From assembly GCA_963801475.1 (NCBI GenBank), contig CAWDEX010000001.1:2567019-2631018 (forward strand): 64,000 bases of DNA, read 5' to 3'. Each line of letters begins with the position of its first letter. Positions within the stretch are counted from its first letter, which is position 1. The DNA is from an uncultured Acidobacteriota bacterium. Lineage in GTDB: Bacteria; Acidobacteriota; Thermoanaerobaculia; UBA5066. Positions 18,611 through 29,300 of the stretch are shown piece by piece. A program made the position numbers and the translations under genes. The notes below the pieces were generated by a model. The model was given only the letters and a program-made list of their open reading frames with translations. It made no database searches and was not told the origin of the DNA.

Positions 18611-20585
18611 CTACACCAGGAAGAGAAGGATCACGACCGTCAGCATGATGTAGAGGATGTAGATCTGGACGAGCCCCCGCTGAAGGTACCGGCCCCACGA
18701 TGCCAGCCGGGCCCCGAATTCCAGCGACGGCACAAGGAAACGGTCCAGCACCGTGTCGAAAACGTGGCTCTCGTACCGTTCGGACGGCGGGAAAAGGCGT
18801 GTGATGACCGGGGTCGTCGCGCGCGGAAGAAGCGCCCAGCGGAAGAACCCGACCGTCCAGGACGCGAACGACGACGACGAGTACTGCATTCTCGGGGTCG
18901 GTGCGCGCATAGCCGCAGTCCCACGTGGCGGCGCGGCGGGCCTGCCGCGTCCTCCGAACGAGGACGAGGCCGACCACCGCGGAAAAGGCGGTCAGGCCGA
19001 GCCCGAAGAGGCCGAGCGCGCCAAGAGGCGCGAGGGAGGGAAGGCGCGGCAGGCGCGAGGCGAGCTCCGGAGCGGCGACGGCGGCCGCTTTCTCGAGAAA
19101 CGGCACGACGGCGAGCGGATAGAGGCCGATGCCGGCGCAGAGAAGGGCGAGGACCGTCATCGGAACGACCATGAGCGCGGACTCGCGCCCGGAGGCGACT
19201 GCCTCGGAACGCGGCTGGCCGAGGAACACGGACCCGAAGGCCTTCACGAAGCAGGCGAGCGCCAGCGCGCCGACGAGGGCGAGAAGGGGGACCGCGAACG
19301 CGCCCCAGATCCAGCCGGGGCCCACGCCGGCCGGGAGCGTCGACAGGAGGCCGAGATAGAGGAGCCACTCGCTGACGAAGCCGTTGAGCGGCGGCAGGCC
19401 GCAGATGGCCACGGCCCCGGCGAGGAATCCGAGGCCCGCGGCCGGCATCGTCTTCAGAAGTCCTCCGAGGCGGTCCATCTCCCGCGTTCCGGTGGCGTGG
19501 ATCACCGAGCCCGCCGAGAAGAAGAGAAGCGACTTGAAGAGGCCGTGGTTGACGACGTGCAGCAGGCCGCCTCCGAAGCCGAGGAGGACCCAGGCCGGTT
19601 GCCGGAGCGAGCGGCCGACGAGGCCGAGCCCCAGCCCCATCGCGATGATCCCGACGTTCTCCACGCTGTGGTAGGCGAGAAGCCTCTTCAGGTCGTGCTG
19701 CCCGAGGGCGAAGGCGACCCCCAGGACGGCCGAGGCGAGGCCCATCGCGAAGAGAACGGCGCCCCAGAGAAGCGGCGGGTCGGGGAAGAGGGTCGTGACC
19801 CGGAGGAGGCCGTAGATCCCCATCTTGATCAGGACGCCCGACATCAAGGCCGACACGTGGCTTGGCGCGGCGGCGTGGGCCCCGGGGAGCCAGACGTGAA
19901 ACGGCATCAGGCCCGCCTTCAGGCCGAACCCGACGAGGGCCAGGAAGAAGATCGCGCTCCCCGCTGACGAGGCAGCGACGCCCGACGGCAGCTTCGAGAT
20001 CTCGAAGGAGCCGTGAGCCGTCCGGAGGACGGCGAAGAGGCCGAACAGGAGCAGGGTCCCGGCGTGCGTGGCGACGAGGTAGAGCCATCCCGCCTCGCGG
20101 ACCCTTTTCTCGTGTCCTTCGGTGGTGACGAGGAAGAAGCCCGCGAGGGCCATCAGCTCCCAGGCCGTCAGGAAGAGAAGGGCGTTCCGGGCCACGACGA
20201 CGAGTGCCATCGCACCGGTAATCGCGCCGTAGAAGAGGCGGAGCCGAGGCGCGCTCTCAGGGTGTTCGCGAAGCGGCCAGTACGACTCGCCGTAGAGGGC
20301 ACCGAGCCCGGAGACGAGGAAGAGCGGGACCAGAAAGACGGCCGAGAGGACGTCCACCTCGACCGCGAAGAGCCCGCCGGGGACACCCCACGGAAAAACC
20401 ATCTTCGCCGGAGCGCGGCCGGCCGTGAGCGCCAGTGCCGCGCCAGCGAGGCCGAGGGTCGAAGCCGCCACGGAGAGGGCCGTCGCGAGATGCGCGCCTC
20501 TCTTCCGGAGGGGCCCCGGCAGGAGCGCCGGGAAGCCGCTCATCGCGGCAAGGCCGGCGGCCACGAGGACGAGAGCGACCGTCAT
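18611..20585 (-). CDS. NuoL/HycC/HyfB-like antiporter-type membrane subunit, with one apparent 1-nt insertion near 18902
   Basis: MTVALVLVAAGLAAMSG...WELMALAGFFLVT...GLMPFHVWLPGAHAAAPSHVSALMSGVLIKMGIYG...AYHSVENVGII. After ...ATWDCGYA the sequence continues in the frame of ORF 18611..18910 as PTPRMQYSSSSFASW..., the conserved HyfB-type C-terminus. 1975 nt minus 1 gives 658 codons. Confidence 0.8.
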
Positions 20586-21274
20586 CGTCCGCTTCGCCGG
20601 GACCCGACCGCCGTCTCGATCTCCCGCGCGAGGCCGAGGATCTCTTCCGCTCCCGCGCTCTTCGTCACGGCGCTTCGGAACCGACCGTCCTGGAGAAGGT
20701 ACGAGAGTCGCGACAGCAGGTGGAGATGCGTCCGGATCGTGGTCGTCACGAGGGTGAAGAGCGCGTGGACCGGCCGGCCGTCGAGAGCGCCGAAGTCCAC
20801 GGGCTGCTCGAGATAGCAGAGCGAGACCAGCGGCTCGTCGACGTGGAGAACGATCGGGTTGCGGACGTGCGGAATGGCGATCCCGTCGCCGATCGCGGTC
20901 GAGCCGAGCGCCTCGCGCGCGAGGAGGACGGCGAGGAGAAACTCGCGGTCGACGCCGGGCGGGAGCGCGAGGAGGCCGACCACGGCGCGCAGGGTCTCCT
21001 GCGGAGTCTTGCCTCGCAGGCCGGGGTGGACGCCTCCCCGGGCGAGCGCCTCCGAAATCGACGCCCTTTCGATCGGCAGGATCCCGGAGTCCTGGAAGAT
21101 CCGCGGCGAAACGTCGACTCCCTCGGCCGTCGCCCACTCCAGGAGCTCGGAGCGGTTGAACCGGATCTCCTCGTTCATCCGGATCGCGGGCAGGTCCCGC
21201 GTCTTCATCCAGTCGTAAATGGCCTTCTCCGAGACCCCGAGGAGATCGGCAGCATCGCTTACGGTCAGTTTCAT
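20582..21274 (-). CDS. HTH (MerR/excisionase-type) + PTS EIIA(Ntr)-like domain protein
   Basis: ATG at 21274. MKLTVSDAADLLGVSEKAIYDWMKTRDLPAIRMNEEIRFNRSELLEWA is the HTH_17-like part. LAREALGSTAIGDGIAIPHVRNP...ALFTLV is EIIA-2/PtsN-like, with a phosphorylatable His in IPH. The stop overlaps the hyfB-like start (ATGA). Confidence 0.75.
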   Translation of the reverse strand: MKLTVSDAADLLGVSEKAIYDWMKTRDLPAIRMNEEIRFNRSELLEWATAEGVDVSPRIFQDSGILPIERASISEALARGGVHPGLRGKTPQETLRAVVGLLALPPGVDREFLLAVLLAREALGSTAIGDGIAIPHVRNPIVLHVDEPLVSLCYLEQPVDFGALDGRPVHALFTLVTTTIRTHLHLLSRLSYLLQDGRFRSAVTKSAGAEEILGLAREIETAVGSRRSGR

Positions 21275-21579
21275 CAGGGTTCGGGCGGCGCCACGGCGCA
21301 TGCGCGCCGAAACGGGGCGAGGGATTCTAACTCCGCGGGCTCCGGCTCCGCGCGCATCGCCCGAAACCAAGGTCCTTCTTGTCTCGTAACGAGAGCCGGG
21401 CTGTCGGAAGGTGGGTCGATGACCGACTCGAGACTCTTTGAAGGGATTTCCTCTGCGACCTCGGTCTTCGCTAAGTACGAAGGGGTCTGGGATGCCGAGA
21501 CGGAGATCCGGACGGTTCATCGAGGAAAAGGCTGAACCGCCCGCGATATAGTTCTCCGCAGGGACCAGGGGAGAAACCG

Positions 21580-22290
21580 GTGAAAAGCACAGAGATCGAC
21601 ATTTACGGGGGTCGTGATCCGCGAGATATCCCCTTCTACGCGGTTCGAGAGGCTTCCCTCTGCCTCGACCTGAACCCCGCGACGCTGAGAAGCTGGGCGC
21701 TCGGCCGGAAGTATCAGGTCCGCTCTGGCCAGAAGAAGGCCGAGGCTCTCCTCGAGCTCCCTGAGCCTGGGAACCCTATGCTCTCCTTTGTCAACCTCAT
21801 GGAAGCGCAGTTCCTGCGGGCGCTGCGCCGCGAACATGATTTCTCCATGCAGCACATCCGGAAGGCCCTCGTGGTGCTGCCGAGCTACCACTCCCAGCCT
21901 CATCCGCTCGCCTTCGTCGACTTCCTGACGGACGGCATCGACCTCTTCGTCCGGAAGTTCGGAAAGCTGATCGACCTGAACCGCCCGGAGCAGATCCTCA
22001 TTGAGAAGCTGCTCGAGTCGTACCTCCGGCGGATCGACCGCGACGCGACGGGCCCGATCCGTTTCTTTCCCGTCGTGGTCTCGGACAGCGAAAAGCCCAT
22101 CTCCGTGGATCCCCGTGTTGCGTTCGGCCACCCCGTCGTGGCCGGGACAGGGGTCCGCACGGAAGTCCTCAGCGGGAGAGTTGCGGCCGGCGACAGCGTC
22201 GAAGCCGTTGCGGAAGACCTTGGCCTCACGAAAGAGCAAGTCGAACAGGCCGTCGCGTTCGAGCAGCGGGCGAAGCGGAAAGCGGCCTGA
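21580..22290 (+). CDS. DUF433-domain protein (long form with an N-terminal HTH-like extension)
   Basis: GTG start. The C-terminal ISVDPRVAFGHPVVAGTGVRTEVLSGRVAAGDSVEAVAEDLGLTKEQVEQAVAF matches the DUF433 pattern (antitoxin-like). No partner toxin gene lies downstream. Confidence 0.65.
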   Translation: MKSTEIDIYGGRDPRDIPFYAVREASLCLDLNPATLRSWALGRKYQVRSGQKKAEALLELPEPGNPMLSFVNLMEAQFLRALRREHDFSMQHIRKALVVLPSYHSQPHPLAFVDFLTDGIDLFVRKFGKLIDLNRPEQILIEKLLESYLRRIDRDATGPIRFFPVVVSDSEKPISVDPRVAFGHPVVAGTGVRTEVLSGRVAAGDSVEAVAEDLGLTKEQVEQAVAFEQRAKRKAA

Positions 22291-22340
22291 CACCTCGGGG
22301 CTGCCCCCCTTCTTTCTCGACGCAGCAGTTCGTTCTTCGC

Positions 22341-23765
22341 TCACGCCCCGTTCCCGTTCTCCAGCAGCGCCAGCACCTGCTTCAGCTCCTCGACCGCGCC
22401 ATCCAGCTCCGCGATGGCATCGGTCACCAGCTCCTCGGGCTCCGGCAGGTCGTCGGCGTCGTCGAGCGACTCTTCCTTCAGCCACTTGAAGCCGTCGAGC
22501 TTGAAGTCGCGCTTCTTGACCTCGGCGATCTCGAAGGACCGCCAGCGGTCTTCCTTCGACTGCTCGGGCTTCCTCTTGCTGCCGCCGTTCGGGTCGGCGC
22601 CGTAGCACTTCTCGAACTCGGCGAAGTGCTCCGGCGTCAGCGGCCGGTCCTTCTTCGTGATGCCGGGGACGTTCGTCCGGGCGTCGTAGATCCAGACCGT
22701 CTCGGTCGGGCGCCCCTTCGTGAAGAAGACGACGTTCGCCTTCACGCCCTGGCTGTACGGCGTGAACGTGCCGCGCGGCAGGCGCAGGACGGTGTGCAGG
22801 TCGCAGTCTTCGCAGAGGATCTTGAAGACCTCGCCGGCCTGGTCGGCGAAGAGGCAGTTGTCGGGCAGGACGACCGCCGCCCGGCCGCCGGGCTTCAGGA
22901 TCGTCAGGACGTGCTGGAGGAAGTTGAGCTGCTTGTTCGAGGTCGCGACCGTGAAGTCGTCGCGGTCGGGCGCCTGGTTCGCGCCCTTCGTCCCGAACGG
23001 CGGATTCGTCAGGACGACGTCGAACCGCTCGGAGCCGGGCGCCTCGTAGATGGTGTCGCCGAGGTCGATCTGCGGCTCGACGCCGTGGAGGTAGAGGTTC
23101 ATCAGCGCCAGCCGGCGCGGCCGGGCGACGAGGTCCTGGCCGAAGTAGGTCTTCGTCCTGCACGCGCTTCGCGACGCTCGCGGTCGAGCGCGCCGCCCTT
23201 CGTCTGGTCGATGAGCCACTCGTAGGCGGCGACGAGGAAGCCGCCGGTGCCGCAGGCCGGGTCGCAGATCGTGAACTCGGCGTGGGCGCGCGGGTCGGGC
23301 TTCATGCAGCGGACGATCGACTGGATGAGGACGCGCGGCGTGAAGTACTGGCCGGCGCCCTTCTTCCCCTCGCTCGCGGCCTTCTCCAGCAGCCCCTCGT
23401 AGGCCTCGGCCTTCACGTCGACGTCGAGGCGAGGTCCACTCGGTCTCGTCGATCAGGTTGATGAGCTTCTTGAGGTTGACCGGGTTGTTGAAGCGGGACT
23501 GCGCCTCGGCGTAGATGTCGCCGAGGATGCCCGGCGTCTTCCCGAGCGTGCGGAGCGATGTCGACGTAGTGGTCGGTGAGCTCGCGTCCCGCTCTTGTCG
23601 CGCAGCGTCGGCCAGTCGCATCCCTTCGGGCAGCTCGACTGCCTTCTCGTCGGCCATCTTCAGGAAGAGCAGGTAGGTGATCTGCTCGATGTAGTCGCCG
23701 TAGTCGATGCCGTCGTGGCGCAGGGTGTGGCAGAAGCCCCAGAGCTTCTGGACGACGTCGGTCAT
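22341..23765 (-). pseudogene. hsdM: Type I R-M DNA methyltransferase HsdM, broken by at least 5 single-nt indels
   Basis: N-terminus MTDVVQKLWGFCHTLRHDGIDYGDYIEQITYLLFLKMADEK. The middle part is in another frame (ORF 23102..23416): VKAEAYEGLLEKAASEGKKGAGQYFTPRVLIQSIV...CDPACGTGGFLV (motif I). The original frame resumes with LTNPPFGTKG (NPPF motif IV). Frame breaks are near 23621, 23584, 23556, 23429 and 23165. Confidence 0.8.
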
Positions 23766-26371
23766 GCTGCGATGGCCTCATTCAGGGCGTGGAGCAGGTC
23801 CGGGAGCTTGCCGTCGAACGCGCGGTTCGCGGCGCCCCAGCCGCCCGCGCGTTCGCGAGGACCGGCACGTCCTCGAAGTCGTCCTGGTCGATCGACAGGT
23901 TCGCGACGAGGTGGTCGCGGATGCGGTCGAGCCAGTGCTGCTGGTCCGGCGTGAACGGTCCGGCCGGCGGTCAGACCTCTCGAAGGCCGCGGTCGACCCG
24001 CTCCTCGGCGGTCAGGAGCGGCTCCTCCTCGCGGGCCGCGTGCTTCACCATCGAGATGATGTCGACGAGGGCCTTGTCGTAGCGCGCTCGTGGGCCTGCT
24101 GGAGGCGCTCCACGGTGAAGCGCTCGCGGGCGGCCGCCGAGCAGCTTCGCCGCAGCTCGGTAGAGGGCCTCGGTGCTCCAGTCCTTGCGGCCGGTCGAGC
24201 AGGATGCGCGATGGCCGTCGACCTTCGATGGCGTTCTCGCGCACGAACCGCGCGAAGGCCTGCAGGTAGTCCTCGGGCTTGACCGTGCCTCGCGCGAGCA
24301 AGCCACTCCGGACGATGACGGTGTCCTCGTAGTCGTCGAGCGCCATGACGAAGGTCCGCTGCGCGGCGCGGGTAGTTCGACGAGCAGCTCCTGGAACCTC
24401 GGGTCGCGGAGGAGCTTCATCGTCGCCGTGAAGTCCCGCTTCAGGAGCTGTCGGAAGGCTCCGCGGCGAACCGGCCGACGTCGCCGTCGGGATGCCGAAG
24501 GCCGGCGAAGAGGTCGCGGGCCTCGCGGCGCCATCTCCTTGTCGATCCGCTGGAGGCGCTTGACGAGGCAGCGGACGTTGTAGTCGCGGTCCCGGTTCTC
24601 CCAGATGTCCTCGATGATCTCGGCGATCGTCCGCGTCGGCTTCTCGGGCGGCTCGGCCGTGATCGCCGGTGGCCTGCCGGAAGTACTCGAGCAGCGTGCC
24701 GTCGAAGCAGTCGAAGACGGTGAAGTGCGACTTGTCGGGGAACTTCTCGCCCTTGCGCGTGCCGCGGCCGAGCATCTGCTCGAAGAGGATGCGCGACTTC
24801 ACCGGGCGCAGGAAGACGATGAACTCGAGGTCGGGGATGTCGACGCCGGTCGAGAGCAGATCGACCGTGACGACGATGCCCGGGTTCGGGCGGTTGCGGA
24901 ACTCGCGGATCCGCTGGAGCGGCCGGTCGACCCGGCCGGTGATCTTCCGGACGAAGTCCTCGCCGCGGCCGAAGACGTCGACCGCAAGCTCGACGAGCTG
25001 GTCGGCGTGGGAGGTGTGCGGCAGGTCGTTGGCGGCGAAGATGAGCGTCTTCGGGAAGCGGCCGTACCGCTCCTCGTGCTCGACGGCGTACTTCTCGGAC
25101 CTCTTCGAGGATCTTCCGGTTCGAGTCGGGCGAGGTGACGCTCCGCTCGACCTCGGTCGGCGTCGAACGTCCCGCTCGTCCTCGAGCTCGTCCAGCTGCT
25201 CGAGGCCGCGTCTCGGGGTCGACGAGCTCGACCTGCTCGCCTTCCTTCAGGAAGACGCCCTGCATCCGCACGTTCGGACTTGATCGGCGACGACGTCGTA
25301 GTCGACGAGGTAGCCCTCGCGGACGGCGCGCGGCGTACTCGTACCGGTAGACGACGTCGTTGAAGTAGGCCTTGGTGTGCGCCGCGGGGGTCGCCGTCAG
25401 GCCGATCTTGACGGCGTCGAAGTGGTCGAGCGTGTTTCGCCAGAGCGGACTCTTCGGCCGTCGTGTAGCCGCGGTGGCACTCGTCGGCGATGACGACATC
25501 GAAGGCGTGGATCGGGATGTCGAGCTGCTCGGCGTCGTCGTCGATCTCGTCTCCTTCGCCGCTCCAGACCGCGCCGCGGCCGAAGAGGTTGATCGCCATC
25601 CGCTGGATCGTGCAGACGTAGACGAAGGCGTGCTGCGGCTTCGGGTCGCGTCAGGTACGAGCTCGGCAGGACCTTCGGGTCGAACTTCTCGTCGTCGTCG
25701 AGGTCGTCGCGCTGGAAGCGCTGGCTGTAGACCTCGTAGATCTTGTCGAACTTCTGGTTCGGCTCGGGCTCGAACGAGGCGAAGGCGCGGACCGCCTGGG
25801 CGGCCAGGGCCCGGCGGTCGACGAGGAAGAGGATCCGCTTGCCGACGCCCGACTTCATCAGCCGGTAGACCTCGTTGACCATCGTGAAGGTCTTGCCGGT
25901 GCCGGTCGCCATCGCGACGAGCATCTGGCGCTTCCGCTCGGCGATGGCCTTCTCGATCGCCGTGTTCGCCGTCGATCTGGTAGGGCCGCAGCCGCGGATG
26001 CGCGTTCGGGTGCGTCGTCGAGCCAGCCGGCAGGCGGCCTCGAAGTCCGCGGCCGAACGCCTCGCGTCAGCGCGGCGGGCGTGTGGAACGCCGGCGATCT
26101 CGCGCGAGCGGTTCAGCTTGTGCCGGACGTCGTGAAACCAGATGACCTCGCCGTTGGTGGAGTAGAGGAACGGGACGCGGTAGCCGCGGACGTCGATCGG
26201 GCCGTCGGTGACGCCCTTCGAGTACCGCTCGGCCTGGGTCAGGACGTTCTGCGGGCCGAGCGTGACCTTCTTCGCCTCGACGATGCCGAGGAGCGCCCCG
26301 CGACCTCGCGGGGGCCATTTCGAGACGATTCCGGCCGTTTCCGCGGCAGGAGTGGAGCAGACCGCTTTCAC
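23762..26371 (-). pseudogene. hsdR: Type I restriction enzyme R subunit (HsdR-like SF2 helicase-nuclease), highly fragmented and apparently 5'-truncated
   Basis: Recognisable pieces are scattered over all three reverse frames:
- LGIVEAKK (nuclease ExK)
- LRPYQID
- VAMATGTGKTFT (motif I)
- VVIADECHRGYT (DEAH)
- KIGLTATP (motif III)
- MLGRGTR (motif VI)
- C-terminal FDGKLPDLLHALNEAIAA

The stop overlaps the hsdM start (ATGA). Only about 28 codons precede the ExK motif before the neighbouring gene begins. Confidence 0.75.
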
Positions 26372-29300
26372 CTACTTCAGGGAGAAGTCGACGCGGCTGG
26401 CGCGCGCCTTGTCCTTCGCGGGGCAGGGCGCGCCTCCGGGCTCGAGAACGAAGACACGCGCTCCGTCAACCTTCCCCGGTCCGACCAGGTAGTCCTTCAC
26501 CGCGCTGGCGCGGGCGAGGGCGAGCGTCCGGAGGTCGGCGTCGCCGACGGCCGCGTTCGTCAGCATCAGCTTCTCCATCTCCTCGGCCGGGATGTCCTTC
26601 GCGAAGCCGAGCGCGGTCTTCGGCTTCGGGAATTTCTCCTTCTTGTAGGCCCGCTTCAGGTACTCGGGGTACTCGGCCGGATCCACGACGACCTCGTCGA
26701 CGCTCGATGGGGCGGCCCCCTTCTTCACGAGGTCGGCCAGCTTCTGGGCCTTGACCTTCTGCGCGATTCGGTCGCGCCGGAGCCCTTCGAGGTCCGCCTC
26801 TCCGGAGAAGCACCCCGTTGCCTGGAGCTTCAGCGCGGGCCGGTCCTGGAGGGCCTTCGCCAGGGAGTCCAGCTTCTTCTTCGCTGCGTCGTCGAGCACC
26901 GCGACGCCGTCCGCAAAGTCCAACGACGAGTACTCCTCGCCTTTCCCGCCGAGGAGCTTGCCGAGGAGGGCGAAGGGGGCCGTCGCGGCCTTCGCGATCA
27001 GGTTTCCGAGGATCTGCCAGATCACCTTCCCGATCCGGAACTTCGGGTCGTCGAGCGAGCCCTCTATCGGCAGGTCGAGGTCGATGACCCCGTCCTTGTC
27101 CTTCAGGAGGGAGACGGCGAGCCTCACCGGGAGCTTCGTGGCGTCCTTGCTCTCCACCTTCTCGCCGAAGTCGAATCCGGTCACGAGAAAGCGGTTCGAT
27201 GCCACGAGCTTGCGGTTCTGGACCTTGTAGGCCACCTCCATCGTCATCAGGCCGCCTGCGATCTTGTAGCCCGCGTACTTCCCCGAGTACGGCGTGAAGG
27301 CCGCGAGGTCAATGTCGCGGAAGCTGGCCTTGACGTCCGCAAACGTCGCGGCGGCGAGCGGGTTGATCGAGCCGGAGACCTGGAGGGGCGAGTGGTTCGC
27401 GAGGCTGCCTCGGAGGTCCAGCGCGGCCACCGTCCCGTCCGCGGAGGAGAGGCCCGTCACCCGCCCGCCGAGGTTTCCGAGCGTCGCCGAGTAGTTCGGC
27501 CTGATGAAGAAGTCCGCGAGGCCGATCTGCCCCCCCTGCAGCGTCAGCTCGTCGATCCGGACCGGTATGACGGCGCGGGGCTCGCTCTCGCCGGCCTTCG
27601 CCGGTGAGGACGGCGTCGGCGGGACAGGCGTGGGAGCGGCTGCCTCCTCTTCCTCTTTCGGCTCCGGCTTCCCGACGATCTTCCTGACGTTCACGCTCCC
27701 GTCCGCCTCGATCGTGACGTCGCACTCGGCACCGACGGCCGCGACCTGCTTTGCCTCGAAGAAGATCGGGTTGTATCCCGCCTTCATTCCGGTCGCCGAG
27801 AGCGTCTCCCATTTCAGGAAGTCGAGCTTCGTCGTCTGGTCGACGGCGAAAAAGCCCGAAATGAGCGCATCCCCCGAGTAGACGACGCTCGCCTTCCCGT
27901 TCGCGTCCTCCCGGAGCGAGAGGGTCCCGGCGACGTTCGCCGTACCGCGCGCGAGATCGAGCCTCAGGTTCGGAAGGGCGTAGGCCTGAAGCGGGACGAG
28001 GTCGACGCCCTTTACGTCGAGCCTCAGCTCCGCGTAGGTCGGCGCCATCCCGACCGGCCCCTTCGCCGTCGCGAGCCCCTTTCCGTCCAGCCCGGCGCGG
28101 ACGGTGAGCATCGCCCTCGTCCCCGCCTCCGTGGAGACGTTTTCGAGGAGCACGTCGGCCTTCGTGAGCGCGTAGACGGCCGGGCGGTCGAAGCCCCGGT
28201 CGTCGATATCTACCGTGTACCCGGAGAGGCCGAACCTCTTCACCTTGACCGCCCATGGGAGCGACGGAGGCGGAGGCGACGCGCCCGGCGGAGGTGCAGG
28301 TCTGAGCGACATCAGGTCGGCGCGGCCGTCCTTCTCCCGGACGACCGCCAGGAGGCCGGAGGCGCTTTCGATCCTTCCGAGGACGACCTCGTGCTTCGCA
28401 AGGTCGACCGAGGTTTCCGAAAGGGAGAGCGTCGCCGCCCTGAAGAACGGCTCCTTCTCGCTCTTCTTCCGGAGGCGTGGCGACTTCACGGCGACCGAGA
28501 GGCCCGAAAGGACGGTATTCGCGTCCTTCCCCGTCGAGAAGCGGTATTCGGTCTTCAGATCGAGGAGGCCGTCCTCGATGACGACCGGCACGAACTCGTC
28601 GAGGAACGTCGTGTAGCTCTTCAAGGGAACGCCTTCGACAGAAAAGGTCCCCGCGAGAGTGAACGGCTCCATCGAGACCGTCCCCGCGTTCCGGAACAGC
28701 TCTCCCTTGTCCGTTTTCGCCGAGGCTTCGACCGACGCGGCTTTCCCCGGCTCCGTCGAGAACCCCTTCACCGAGGCCGTCAGCTCTCCGAAAAGAGCGT
28801 GAAACGGGGGATGGAACGCGAAGTTGTCGTAATGGACCTTCCCGGCCTCGATCCCCATCTCGGCGATCTCCACGAGGAACGACGGGGCGGCTTTGGCCGG
28901 CGGCTTTTCGGTCGCCGCTTTCCTCTCCTCGCGCCCCGCGGCCGAGGCGGGGGCTACAAACGCGTTCGCGATGTTGTGCTCCCCCATCGTCTCGCGGCGG
29001 ACCCAGAGCTCCGGCGACACGGCCGTCAGGCTCCGGATGCGCGCCTTCCGGCCGAAGACGTCGACGGAGTCGAGGACGGCTTCGAAGCGGTCCCACGCCA
29101 TGAGCGGCTGGCCGTTGAGGGAGACGGCCACGTTCCGGAGGGCGCCCGAGCCCGAGACGATCAGGCTCGGCGAACCTTTGTGCGGCTGCGTGAAAGCGAG
29201 CGTCAGCTTCGCGTCGAGGCGCCCGGAGGTGAGCTTCGACGGAGTCTCGGACGGCAGGTAGGAGAGGTAGAAGGGAAGGTCCACATCGTCGAAGACGACG

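Noticed and set aside
7346-21137. N-terminal extensions of track ORFs 7346..9283, 12087..13967, 14097..16886, 17051..18211 and 18600..21137
   Set aside because: The extensions are off-frame read-through of the upstream gene, with Arg/Pro-rich translations. In each case a plausible start overlaps or abuts the upstream stop codon, so the genes were trimmed to those starts.
21351-21371. Sigma54-like element upstream of the Ehr-type operon (reverse strand TTGGTTTCGGGCGATGCG)
   Set aside because: The GG and GC are separated by 11 nt rather than the required 10, and the flanking bases fit the consensus poorly. Given the indel problem in this assembly it cannot be fully excluded, but I do not call it.
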